A DNA stretch of 64,000 bases, taken from assembly GCA_964016885.1 (NCBI GenBank), contig OZ024747.1, forward strand, positions 76,446,001 to 76,510,000, given 5' to 3'. Below are positions 11,950 through 24,590 of the stretch, piece by piece (position 1 is the stretch's first letter; each line of letters opens with the position of its first letter). Below the pieces are notes generated by a model. That model did no database searches. It had not been told where the DNA came from and worked only from the letters and a program-made list of their open reading frames with translations. The position numbers and the translations under genes were made by a program. The DNA comes from Eledone cirrhosa. Taxonomy: Eukaryota.

Positions 11950-12896
11950 ATAGAAATCAGCGAGTTACCTCCCCTCACGCATTAACTCCCCTTAGACAAA
12001 CACACACTTCCGGAAAATAATACGATGTTAATTCTCGCAACTAAAACAACCTGCTATATAAATGGGACTAAAGACCAACAAACTATGATACTCTAACAGA
12101 ATCATCAAACGTCCAATATTGAATCGTCGTGGATTATGTGAAGGGCATATAATCTAGATATTACGCTCTCCGGACTGTGAAAATGGTGTTGTACACGAAA
12201 ACCATATCATCGCTTTGCTACACATTTCTAATATTTTTAATATTTATAATATTTCTCTACACACAAGCTTCTATAACATTCATATAAAATATACATTACC
12301 AGTACAACCCCACTTAATACTCTTGATTACCCGCTTAAAGTGCTTGTATTACATGTAACATCCTGCCGCACTATAATATTACATAAATAAGACACACGTG
12401 CTTGCCACACGTGTAACTATTACACACACTAACTGCTTCTGACTATCCTATCGCATTAATTTCATGTTGTATTTTAACTTTAATTTTAATTTTATCCTCT
12501 TTTGATATGAATGTAATCTTTAACTGTATACTGCCACGCTATATGTTATAATGGATGTCGACCCACCAAGCAACAATATATGCATATGTTTCTGTATGTC
12601 TCTCGGGTTGAAAAGGAGGTCATATATGTGATCATTCATTAATAAATTTCTCCGAAGAATCCAACCTCGGTTTGGAGGAAACAATTGTAAGCATATAAAT
12701 GATTTGAACAGAACTTTGATTCATATAACTTATATTTAACTGGTCTGTAAAACAACTGATGTTATTGCATTGAGGTATTTATCTTACTGGTAATAAGGTA
12801 GTAATATATTACTGCCTATCACTATTTAGGGTTTGTAAAAATATATATAACTACAAAAGGTTTTTGTATATGCATAACCATAAATAGTATCCTTAA

Positions 12897-12899
<3 letters not shown>
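11950..12899 (+). mobile_element. possible highly degraded Penelope-like 3' end
   Basis: Contains a hammerhead-like motif at 12646-12696 and ends at the (TA)n at 12900. The coding similarity upstream is too eroded to confirm. Confidence 0.3.
12646..12696 (+). ncRNA. degenerate hammerhead motif
   Basis: CCGAAGA A TCCAA cctcggt TTGGA G GAAA CAATTG TA: palindromic stem III ACAATTGT; core U-to-C change and a weak stem I. Confidence 0.55.
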
Positions 12900-12941
<42 letters not shown>

Positions 12942-12960
12942 GTATAAAAATCAATACAAT

Positions 12961-13040
12961 ATAATTACCTCATTACCAGAGGTTTCCCGAATGAGGCAAA
13001 TACGAAATAAACGACTTCATTCGTTCGTCAGACGAGGCAA
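12961..13040 (-). ncRNA. hammerhead ribozyme motif of the Penelope 3' pLTR
   Basis: CTGACGA A CGAATGA...TCATTCG G GAAA CCTC tggtaat GAGG TA; intact core, stem I poorly paired. Confidence 0.68.
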
Positions 13041-14223
13041 TATAAAACATGGGCAAATACTTAGAAAAACACATCAAGAAAATCAAAAATAGATATAGAT
13101 AAATGAAATAGAAATTGAAATATATAAAAATCTATCAAGAAATATAGTTAGGTGTGTGTATATGTATGTATATACGCTCACAGATGTGCATATATGTATA
13201 TGTGTACATGTATATGTATAGTGAGAAAGTGTGCGTAATTCTAAAATTTAGGGCAAATGTATCTATATGTCTGTATTATACAGACAGAAATGGTTACATC
13301 GTAAATATATGAATATGAAGGCGCGCGCATAAAACGCCTGGACACTCGTACGCTTAGGTGCGGAAAGAAAGGAGGTAAGGGAGTGTAATAATTAAAAGAA
13401 AAGTATCAGTCTCAATATATTTATAAAAATATAATAACGATAAATTAGAAAGAAAAAATTAAAGAAAACTAAAAAAGGGGGGTACATACATACACTGACA
13501 CGCGTGTCTCACAAAAGAAATGTAAAAATAATTATGCTTATATAAACACGCGCACTTACACTTCCATACGTTCGATACGTACATACACACACACACACAC
13601 ACATACTTATACTCACGCATATAAACCTGTTTGCATGCCCACGTATGAAACTGAGTAAGTAAAAAAAGGAAGGGGGGGGGAGAAGAAAAAAGGAACAAAA
13701 CATAAAACCGAGATGTCAAAAACACGGATATAAAGACACGTACACATACGCATAATATATACATACACACACACACAAACACCTGTACACACACACACAT
13801 ATACACATACACATATACATACATATACATACATATACATACACGCACGCGCGCGCACATACGTAGTCACTCATGTACATATATAAAAAGTATACACACA
13901 TTAAGGCGTTCAGCCATATTGAAATGTGGATAAATAAGTACAGATATAAAATTGTAAGATAGGCTGCGCAAAAATAAAATAAAAATAAAAATGAAAAATA
14001 TATCTGGATTGAAAAACACAAAAGACAAGTGTAATCAGTTAGTGGAGGAAAAAGGGAAGTAAAAGAAGGGGAAGTAAAAAATAGAAAATAGGAAGTGGAT
14101 CGGAGAATAAAGGGGGGGGGATGTGAAGTAAAAATAAATAAAAGTGAAAATAAATGAAATTATTGACAATGATAAAAATGAAAGTAAGTCAGAAAGGGTA
14201 ATTAAAAAGAGAATAATAAGAGT

Positions 14224-16362
14224 TTATGGAGGATAAGTATCTGAAAGTGTGTTAAGTTTATATGAGCTGGAAAGCAGGTGTGATTTCATGTGTGGGCAAC
14301 TGGTGAAAATTTCCGTCTTTGTGTTCAGGCAGGTCTTTGGTGATTTAAGATTTTGCACTATCCAAAATTTTTCATTTATGCAGAGCGTGCATTTTCTTGT
14401 TCCTCTAGCATATTTTTTAGATTGGTTCAAAATTGACCAATCTAGTTTATATTGGATGCCTTGGTCTTTCAAATCCCAAATTCTGCTAGCCAGAGCTGTT
14501 GTAAATCTTTTTTCTGGATGTCGAAAGGATGCGACATGTGAGTAATAACGCGTTTTGAATCTGTCTTGCGTCATACCCACATATCGTTCACTGGTGGCTG
14601 GATGGTTGTTGCTGATGGTTGTCACTTTAGCCGCATATACAATGGCTTTGGTGTTGCATTTACCTTGTAATGGGCATTCACTTTTGATTCTACAGGAGCA
14701 AGTTTGATTTTCTCTAGGTGATATTTTGTTGAGGATATAGGACTTAATAGGGGGACCGCAGGAATAGCTAATTTTAACACAGTTTCTGTTAAAGATCTTA
14801 TAGTATCTATGTGTTCTAGGGAAATGTTTATCTAGGAGTTCTAGGAATTTTTTGCCTACATTAGTTTTAACTGCTAGAGAGTAGGGGGGTGTGAACCAGA
14901 TTATTTTTCTTTTCCTATTTTTATGTTTAATAGAGTTAGTATAGTTGGGTATGTATTTAATCGGTTCGCTAAAGCCGCTATTTTGGAGGGCTTTATTATA
15001 GTAGGGGGATGCCTTATTAAAAATAGCTTCTGAGGAAGAGAGGGTGGAGATGCTACGCCTAATATTAGGGATAAGGTTTTTAAAAACTATAGGTGGATGG
15101 CAAGATCCTTTATTTATATATTTTTAGTTTTCATTAGGTTTATGGTATGGTTTATAAGAAGCAGTAGGCAAATCTAGGTTTATATCTAGGAAATCAACGT
15201 TGGAAAGGTTAGTGTCAATAGTAATTTTAAGATTAAAACTAGCGAAGGTTTTTATTAAGCCTTTCCTTAATCTATCTAAGTTATGGCCTATGGTGGTATG
15301 GGAAAGTATTAGACCATCATCGCGATAAAGCCCAAAAATATGGTTAGGAAATTTTTCTTTAAGTGTATGTAAGAGGAATAGGCCGACCAGATCACAAACC
15401 TCGGCACTGTCATAAGAGCCCATTGAGACATCGAATGGGTTCTCTGAGTTAGATATTTTTACCCAAGTGTCATTATCATTAAAAAGTAGAGTGTTCCTAG
15501 CATGCAAGATGACATCCTCTTCAATATCGGAGATATTAGTGAACCCTCTAGCGAAATTTAAAGCTTTCACTAAAAGGGTCTGAGTAATAGATGGGTAGAA
15601 ATCTACGATGTCAAATTGGGTGAATCTAGAACTGATTTTGTTTTTAATATTATTAAACCAATGTACTACGGAAGAGCTATTTATCCATTGGAGTAATTTA
15701 GACTTACTTCTAATATGTGTATTTAATTTATTTAAAATTTTTTTGCTGGCAAGACCAATATCAGTCTTAGCAGGGTTGATTAAACTACAACTAGGGCGAT
15801 TAATAAAGTCGGGTTTATGATCTTTAAGGGTGATATACGCAGAACGTTTAGCAAGTTTTTCTGTCCTATTATCTATTTTTAAAGAAACAGCTAATTCTTT
15901 AGCTTCCTTATTTATATTATGGTACGTATTTATATTAGCTATTTGGTATTTAGAAGTGATATTATCTATTAATAGTTGGTCATGTAAATTATTATTAACT
16001 TCATATAGGTTTTTAGTTTTATCTGAGAAGATGAACTTATTATTAGAAGATTTGAAAGTAGAAATATCATTAGATAATTTAGATTGAAAGGGGTTAGAGT
16101 ACTTATGAAAATTGATGTTGTTGATAAGGTTAACTAGGTCTAATTCAAAGGCGGTCATATCTTTTACTCTTTGCGGGTATTTGTGAGTTTTGATGTCCAA
16201 ATATTCCGTAGAATCCGTGTTAAAGTGACCATCGAGAATCAAAGCTTTCCATCTCATTCTTTCAACAACCTTCCCTACTTTGTCTATCAGTATTTTCGTG
16301 TAGAGAGTGTTAGAAGGTGTTGGGATATTCTTTACAGAGTAGTCCAAAGGGTATCTGTCCAT
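14224..16362 (-). pseudogene. Penelope-like reverse transcriptase / GIY-YIG endonuclease ORF (712 codons) with one in-frame stop
   Basis: RT motifs FDIVDFYPSI, MGSYDSAEVCDLVGL, GLYRDDGL and FLDINLDL. Manual translation continues in frame past TAA (15126-15124): KYINKGSCHPP...RKRKIIWFTPPYS...CSCRIKSECPLQGKC...AIVYAAKV...RYVGMT...RYYSH...CTLC...CPH...DTYPP*. Confidence 0.95.
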
Positions 16363-16519
16363 GTTCGGTATTGGTTTAAAATCCTATGACTGAAGAGTGC
16401 TCGACTTTAAAAGGGCTGGAAGGTGCCAATCTCATAACGATGTAGAATATGCTACGATCATTCCCTTGGGAGCTTTATAAGTATTGAAATTTCCGTTGGA
16501 AACAGAAAAGGTCATAGAA

Positions 16520-16836
<317 letters not shown>

Positions 16837-16920
16837 TAAAAGGTAAACAGAAATAACAACACAATCGGTACAGTATATGGAAGGGATATCTTAAGTTAAC
16901 GCATGATATAGGAGGAAGAG

Positions 16921-16960
16921 GGTCTTAACGTTTCGGACGCTAGTCCTTCATCAGAAGAAA
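16921..16960 (-). ncRNA. minimal type I hammerhead ribozyme
   Basis: TCTT CTGATGA A GGAC tagc GTCC GAAA CG TT AAGA: stem I TCTT/AAGA, 4-bp stem II, palindromic AACGTT. A decayed copy lies at ~61015-61050 (+). Confidence 0.8.
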
Positions 16961-17299
16961 GAATGAGAAATAAGATAGATTGAGGGGACGGACGGTGAGC
17001 AATTGAAAAAATGTCTTTAGAGAAAAATAACAGGTCCATTCATGTTGATATCTCGAGGTTAACTGAACAGGGATTTGCGGGCCACATCTATAGGTGTCGG
17101 CTGAAGAGCTAAAGCTATCATAACTTATAGTCCTCAGCGAAATATGTGTAACGGAGTTTTAAATAAACCAGAATCAACTGAATATGGCCTCCGATCTTTT
17201 AATAATAATAATTATATATATATATATATATAAGTTTATCCCGGGTTCAATCAGCGGTAACCACAGTAAATAAGGTACTGAATACATAGCAGAGTTTAA

Positions 17300-17391
17300 A
17301 TATTTAATATAGAAATGGCTTCTACAGGACTAGAACTGATGATTGAATGAAACAGTTCTAGCCTTGTAGAAGCCATTTCTATATTAAATAT
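17300..17391. repeat. hairpin (39-bp arms, 14-nt loop) within a short insert between (TA)n tracts
   Basis: ATATTTAATATAGAAATGGCTTCTACAGGACTAGAACTG / CAGTTCTAGCCTTGTAGAAGCCATTTCTATATTAAATAT. Confidence 0.92.
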
Positions 17392-17410
17392 ATATATACA
17401 TATATATATA

Positions 17411-19021
17411 TCTCAAGCTGTGGCACGCCGCCCATGCTTTGCTCTTCCTTTCAACCACATCATCTTCCGCACTCCCAATCCCTGCTCCCAAACACAGGAA
17501 GTACCCAACCAACCCCAGCGGCCCACACCAGTGATCCCCTCTGGCTTCTCAACACTCTTTACCAGATATTTTGTTCTAGTCTCATTCATTCCCAGCCCTA
17601 CACTCATCGACACAGTCCCAATCTCCCTCATCAAACCCTCTGCCTCCTTCACTGCATTTGTCACCAAAACTATGTCGGCGGCAAATTCAGCATCCGATAT
17701 CTTTTTCGCCTTAACTCTCCTGCTCTGAGCCGGTGCTACAGTAAACCCAGAGTCCTGGTGCTTCTCCAGTGCAAGGTGCATACAATAGTCCACTACGATG
17801 ACAAAAAGGCAGGGAGCCAATGTATCTCCCTGGAGCACTCCAGCCAGTATCTCAAAGAACTCTGTCATCCCATCAGATGTAATGACCTGGGCTTTGGTGT
17901 TGGTGTAGAGCAGTGATATCAGGTCCACTATCTTCTTGGGGATTCCATAAGCCTATAAGAACTTAATCAGGCAGTGACAGTCCACAGAATCAAAGGCCTT
18001 CCTAAAGTCAATGAAAGCCTTGACCGCAGGAAGGCACTTTGCTCTAGCTCCCTCTAATATCCTCCTCAGCATAAGGATGTGACTGGTGATTGACCTTCCC
18101 TCTCTGAAGCCGCTCTGGTTGTCCCTGAGCTTCTTGCCCATGTCAGGCCGGATCCTGTTAAGAATCATCCTGTTGAGGGTCTTTTCCACAAGTGACGTCA
18201 GTGAGATCCCCCTGTAGTTGTTGGTGTTAGAGAGATCTCTCTTCTTTGGCACTGGGACAATGTTACTGATCCTCCACTGATTCGAGGCAACTCCTTTCTC
18301 CAGCGCCTGGTTACAGAACTCCAGGATGATATCATCAAAATCACACCTCCCCATCACCTCTGATGCCACTCCATCTTCTCTATGAGCCCTACCCTCCTTG
18401 ATCTTCTCCTTGGCTCTCTGAAGCTCTTCTCTGGTGAAGGGCTCTGTCTCAATATCCAGTTCTTCAAACAGCCGCCTGATCTCCCCAGTGCTCTGGGCTG
18501 TGGAGGGCGGCTCGCCTAGTAGGGTCCTAAAATGGTCTAGCCATTTCCTCTTCCTATCCTCGGGCCCTGTTCCCTTGATCTGACTCGAACACCTTCTCTT
18601 CCTCCCCGTGATCTCGTTAATGATCCTCCAGCTCTCCTTACATCCAGACCTGTCAACCGCTCTCTCCACACTTCTGATCTTCTCTATCAGTGCCTCCTCT
18701 CTGGCCTCAGTGTAAGCGGTACACAGTTCTTCCCTCATCACGTCCACAGTCTCCATCCTCCTCTCCGTAGGATTAAGATGAGCTGGCTCATCTTCCCAAT
18801 CATCACACTCCTCATGGGCTCATCATGTAGGATCCTGTGTTCTTGGATCGCAAGTATTTGTATACCATTCTCCTCGAACAGATGTCCCAACTCCTCTCTC
18901 TTCTCCAGCATCCGAATAGTCCTCAAAATCAAAGTGCCCATTTTGATGGCTCTTCTGCAGGACAAACTGCATTCTTTATATTTGTCTCAGAGACAGCTAC
19001 TCCATCATCCACTGGCCCTCC
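17411..19021 (-). pseudogene. RTE-clade LINE, inverted 5' segment (APE N-terminus fragment + RT)
   Basis: Endonuclease start (GTLILRT...ILAIQEHR), an internal deletion, then RT motifs IVPVPKK, NYRGISLTS, QSGFREGRS, FIDFRKAFDSV, GVLQGDTLAP and FAAD (decayed FADD). Frameshifted; ends ...AWAACHSLR. Confidence 0.93.
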
Positions 19022-19498
19022 CTTGAGATCGGTGTGGAAGTCGGACCTTCGTAAAGGCCTGAAAATCCGCCTCTTCATTGCTGTGGTGGAGTCTGTGATG
19101 CTGTACGGGTCTGAGACTTGGACACTGACCAAGAAACTCACTTAGATGGTGGATGGGTGCTACACAAGAATGCTGAGGGTGGCTCTGAACATTAATCAGT
19201 ATACACTGAGGATGAAAAACTCAGAGGTGTATGGGAGCCTCCCAAAAGTCAGCTCAAATGTGACACAGAGGAGACTGAGGTTGGCTGGACATGCTCACCG
19301 GCCTCCAGAGTTGACATTGCACTCCTGTGGGAGCCCCTACATGGATACACTGGAAGAGGAAGACCAAGGTTAACGTATGTTGATGCCCTAAGGACAGACA
19401 CTGGTCTGTTGGAGACGCAGGACATGGCAGCGATAATGAGGGACAGAGACCGCTGGATAGAACTCGTCCATGGATCTCGGGAATTTTACCCGCCCTAG
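19022..19498 (+). pseudogene. RTE-clade LINE, non-inverted 3' segment
   Basis: LRSVWKS...VESVMLYGSETWTL...YTRMLR...RLRLAGHAHR...GRPRLTYVD...REFYPP*, followed directly by a TA-rich tail; contains a stop and small deletions. Confidence 0.93.
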
Positions 19499-19507
19499 AA
19501 AATATAT

Positions 19508-19584
<77 letters not shown>

Positions 19585-19660
19585 TATATTCAGAGTTATA
19601 AACTCAAACAGTCTTTTACAATTAATTAGCTCAAAGAAAGAAGCATTTCTGAGCCGAGAA

Positions 19661-19813
19661 ATACAAGTTAATATAAATTAATATATGATAAACACAAAAG
19701 TGTTTGTATTGCAAAAGACGAAGGTAGCTAGAATGAAATAAACTAATTCTAGCTAACTTCGTCTTTTGCAATACAAACACTTTTGTGTTTATCATATATT
19801 AATTTATATTAAC

Positions 19814-19819
<6 letters not shown>
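19661..19819. repeat. hairpin (~74-bp arms, 11-nt loop) in an insert between (TA)n tracts
   Basis: 19661-19734 is the near-perfect reverse complement of 19746-19819. Confidence 0.93.
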
Positions 19820-19853
<34 letters not shown>

Positions 19854-20169
19854 ATAATAATAAAATTGAAGACTAAAATCCAGAGAGGGCTCGATAAGGA
19901 AAATATATATCAAATATATAAGAACCGAAGAGCAAATATTTATTAAAATAACAGATTAAAGTTTAAGCAAAGAATCGCTGCTTTCACCCTTAACGGGATC
20001 TTCTGAAACTAACAAAATCAATCTGTAAACGCAGAACTGGATATTTAAAAAAACGTTGCAACCGGATGAAGACAGGAAGACGATACTTTGGTTCATGGTG
20101 ACGTTCGCTGGCAAAGAACGGGAAAAAACGAATAATACGTCATTAATAGGAGCGCTGAAAACCAATTAC

Positions 20170-20613
20170 GTGCAAGGACAGAACCACGTTTATGGTATAA
20201 AAGAGGTCGTAGACTAATGTTCTCTAAGTGGTGCATAGAGACGTTCTCTGGCAATGAACGAAAAAACGAAGATAATAAGTCATATGTATTTATTTGTAGG
20301 TATGTGTGCGCTTGTTATATACGTATTTATTTACTTATATACGTTTATATAATTATTTATTTATTTGTACACAAGCATACACACATACACATATTTATAT
20401 GTGCGTGGTTTTGTATACCTATGGTAAGGTTTTGCGTATGCTTGTGTATGTACGTATCTGTTTGCGTGTATGTATTTATTTGTTCCTATTACTTCTGTAT
20501 TGTATTTATTTACTTTGTTCTTAACTCTGTAGCGGAGATTCATTCGGCCTCCTAGTTAGAATTTTAGTCTACGACTTCTGCTATACCATTTACGTGGTTT
20601 TGTCTTTGCACGC
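20170..20613. repeat. degenerate ~48-bp inverted repeat pair (possible old MITE)
   Basis: GTGCAAGGACAGAACCACGTTTATGGTATAAAAGAGGTCGTAGACTAA versus TTAGTCTACGACTTCTGCTATACCATTTACGTGGTTTTGTCTTTGCAC; there is also a direct repeat at ~20100-20137 / ~20240-20277. Confidence 0.7.
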
Positions 20614-21469
20614 TATTGTTCTCCACGCTCCACATATGACTTATTAAATTTCTTTTTGTTGCATAAATATGGTGCTGTGGGTAAGTTGAGAAAAAGAAAG
20701 TATTTATAAGTTGACTCAAAGAAAACGTTACTTAAAATGCTACTTAATTAGTGAACATTTTAAATGATGCTTAATTAGTGAACATCTTTTATTTGAAATG
20801 AACGGGTATAAACACCATTGAAGAAAAAATATTCATGTCACATGATGATGACGTAATGACATGCTGAGAGTAAGAGTAATTGCTCCTACAAGGAAAGAAA
20901 ATGGCTGAAAGAATTTCCATACAACCTGAATTTAAATCTTAGAATTATTTATTTAAATTTGAGAATGATTTACGCATGTAATTGCTTTGCCTTTAGAAAG
21001 ATTCTGCAAGAAAATTATTTACTATTAAATATATGTGGATTTGTGAATACTGATGTATGTATTTGTTGGTAGGCGTGTCGTATGAAAGCTGAAGCAACAG
21101 CGTTATACTTGAAGTAAAGTGGGGACGATTTTAGATACAAAATTAATATGTGTTCTGAGGATTAGTGGTATGGACAGTGGCGGACTGGGTCTAAAAATAT
21201 TGGTTGCCAGGAAATGAAGTGGACCCACCGACATATAGAATGCTATCATTTAATTTTTATAATGAATAAATAACATTTTCGAAAAATACATAAGAGGAAA
21301 CAAAACAGTGCAATCAAAGTTTTGCGGAAAAATATTTTACCTTCTCCATTAAAATATATTATGTATTTTGCGAAATCCAGAGACTTTCAATAATAACCAG
21401 AAGTCGACCCTAAATATTACTAATAGCGCTGAGAAAGTCCTGAACGACACCACCTCTTTTAAACTTTGA

Positions 21470-21797
21470 TTTTGAAAGTAGGTTTATAATTATCAATTTT
21501 CAGTATAATTTTGTAGCCGTCTCGGTGGCCTAGGTGGAGGAATCATAGACGGTGGTGATCCTGATCTGAAGTTCGATCCTGGTCTGGAGTAGGATTCCTG
21601 GTAAACCTTTTTAGTTTTTTTCTATTGGTTGTAAAATAAAAACTGAAAAAGTATACATGTACCTCATGTCCGGATTGAACCCAAGGCGAGGCTCTTTTCA
21701 GTCTCTGGTACCTACAGCTAGGCCATTGAGACAACTAAGTAAATCTTATGAAGATTCATACTTATAAACCTACTTTCAAAATTCTGTTTTACACGCA

Positions 21798-21874
<77 letters not shown>

Positions 21875-22130
21875 CCTCTCTCTCTCACTTCCCATCTCGA
21901 GTAACTGAAAGTACTAGAAACGGAGGAGATCGTGGCATTGGGTTCAATCCTGGTCAAGAGGTACATGCAAGCTTTTCAATTTTTATTTTACAACCAATAG
22001 AAAAAAAACTGAAAAGGTTTACCAGGAACCCTACTACAGACCAGGATTACCACCGTCTATGATTCCTCCAACTAGGCCACCGGGATAACTACAAAATTAT
22101 GCTGAAAATTGGTAATTATAAATCTACTTT
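21470..22130. mobile_element. inverted-duplicated cassette carrying two convergent tRNA-like (Pol III) units
   Basis: ~21476-21683 is inverted at ~21940-22130. The unit 21470-21781 is bounded by the 20-bp IR TTTTGAAAGTAGGTTTATAA. A/B boxes TGGCCTAGGTGG...GTTCGATCC (+) and TGGCCTAGCTG...GGTTCAATCC (-) face each other across T/A runs. Confidence 0.6.
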
Positions 22131-22186
22131 ATATGTATGTATGTGTATATATATGTGTGTGTGTCTTTGTATCTATATATATGTGT

Positions 22187-22431
22187 CTAGGGCGGGTAAA
22201 ATTCCCGAGATCCATGGACGAGTTCTCTCCAGCGGTCTCTGTCCCTCATTATCGCTGCCATATTCTGCGTCTCCAGGAGACCAGTGTCTGTCCTAAGGGC
22301 ATCAACATATGTTAACCTCGGTCTCCCTCTTCCAGTGTGTCCATGCAGGGGCTCCCCCAGGAGCACTGAGTGCAGTGTCAACTCTGGATGTCGGTGAGCA
22401 TGTCCAGCTAACCTCAGTTCCGTCTGTGTCA
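22187..22431 (-). mobile_element. 5'-truncated copy of the RTE-clade LINE 3' end
   Basis: Encodes LRLAGHAHRHPELTLHSVLLGEPLHGHTGRGRPRLTYVDALRTDTG...REFYPP*, highly similar to ~19260-19498, and sits in a TA/CA microsatellite. Confidence 0.93.
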
Positions 22432-22545
22432 TATATGAGTGTATATATATACACGTCTGTGTATATATATACATATGTATGTGTATATATATATGTATGT
22501 ATATATATATATGTTTATATATGTGTATATATATATATGTTTATA

Positions 22546-22584
<39 letters not shown>

Positions 22585-22660
22585 CGAAGGAAATGTGGTA
22601 AGGAACCAGGTGGACCATAACGCACCAAAGTACTCAATACTTGAGGTAGTAGAGTGGGTA

Positions 22661-22793
22661 ATAGGAACCAGTAAGACCCCGACAGCTGAGCTCAAGCCGT
22701 TTCGACGGCTAATTCTGGACGGCTAATTCTGGAATAAAGTCCAGAATTAGCCGTCGAAACGGCTTGAGCTCAGCTGTCGGGGTCTTACTGGTT

Positions 22794-22798
<5 letters not shown>
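22661..22798. repeat. perfect 60-bp inverted repeat containing hammerhead 3' halves
   Basis: 22661-22720 versus 22739-22798. Each strand reads stem II - GAAA CGGCT tgagctc AGCTG TC GGGGTC. The insert 22584-22798 is flanked by (TA)n. Confidence 0.92.
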
Positions 22799-22879
<81 letters not shown>

Positions 22880-22973
22880 TATATATATTTATATGAAAAT
22901 CAGCGGAACAAGTAAACATTAAACAATCTTTTAAATAAATTAAAATCCGATTTAAATATTCACCCGTTCTAAT

Positions 22974-23053
22974 GCTGTGACCGACGGTTTCGCTTATCAA
23001 AAGATTGGAAATTCAGAGAATTTACAATGGAAAGAATCAGCTCTTCAGACAGC
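22974..23053 (-). ncRNA. type I hammerhead ribozyme
   Basis: GCTGT CTGAAGA GCT...AGC GAAA CCG T CGG TC ACAGC: perfect stem I, canonical core, GTC triplet. Part of a ~450-bp insert between (TA)n tracts. Confidence 0.85.
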
Positions 23054-23341
23054 TATTTCCATACCACAGGCACAAAGCCTTGTAGTTTGTAAATATGTCG
23101 CTTTCTGCCCGATGCATGAGGTCAAGCCGTTAAAGTGACCAACACATAAATAGGCCGTAAGAAAAAGCGGGATTATAGACTCGTTGATATTTCATGCCAC
23201 TATAAAAATAGCAGCACGATACAACATTTTTCTCTACATAGAAGGAGAATACATATAAAGTGATATAAATATTCCAGTAGGTACTAAGTACCCACGGAAA
23301 TATTCATGGTGTCTATAACAGTTGTTGTTCAATGGTACTAA

Positions 23342-23767
<426 letters not shown>

Positions 23768-23908
23768 TTAAGTAGAATTGAAGTCAGAGTTGCAGCATAT
23801 GTACAAACTTTATTGGCATATTACAATTGTTTTGATATCGATTAGGGGCCGACTCTTTTTTCGACATCTCGTCAGATATGCGTTTTTATATGTGCAAAAA
23901 CACATTTC

Positions 23909-23977
<69 letters not shown>

Positions 23978-24177
23978 ATTCATTTTTTTTTCTCTCTCTG
24001 TCATTTATTCCTAAATATGTTGCTATAAAATATATTAACAGTTTTTACTGCATTATTTTCTGTTATGGTATTTTCTCTCATTATTTACACACAGACATAC
24101 ATAAAATCATTTACTTCCTATTAGCTGGATATTTCATCAAGTTTTGTGTGATTGATGTTGGTGATAATATGACAATA

Positions 24178-24210
<33 letters not shown>

Positions 24211-24295
24211 ATGATCATCATCATCATCATCATCATCATCATGTATATAAAAGATTAGATTTTTTATTGCACTTTCACTAGATTGTTGCTTGCAT

Positions 24296-24590
24296 TGTTT
24301 CGACTTACATCATTTCTTGGTGGAGCTGTGAGTATGTGTATGTTTCTACTTACATACATTTTTTGGTGGTGCTATGGGTATATGTATGTTTCGACCTACA
24401 TCATTTCTTGGCAGTGCTCTGGGTATGCGTATGTTTCGACTTACGATTTATTTTGCTGGTGCTGTGAGTACGTGTATCTTTCGACCTACGTTATTTGTTG
24501 GTGGTGCTCTGAATATGTGTTTGTTTCGACATACGATTTATTTTGGTGGTGGGTGAGTTACTGTAACTTTCGACCTACCGTATTTCTTAG
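24296..24590. repeat. diverged ~45-bp minisatellite (~6.5 copies)
   Basis: Recurring TGTTTCGAC(T/C)TAC...TTTTGGTGGTGCT(G/C)TGAGTATG. Confidence 0.85.

Larger units (their letters stand above)
12939..16519 (-). mobile_element. near full-length Penelope-like retroelement (Hydra-clade-like)
   Basis: RT + GIY-YIG ORF, ~1.3-kb microsatellite-rich 3' UTR and terminal hammerhead; bounded by (TA)n on both sides (12899-12938, 16520-16816). Confidence 0.93.

Noticed and set aside
15124-15126. Possible selenocysteine recoding, as in Naiad-clade Penelope elements
   Set aside because: The stop is TAA, not TGA, it is not at a Cys position, and the domain order is RT then endonuclease.
17336-17356. CTGATGA...GAAAC at the loop of the 17300 hairpin
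   Set aside because: No credible stem II, stem III or NUH/stem I arrangement, so not called a ribozyme.
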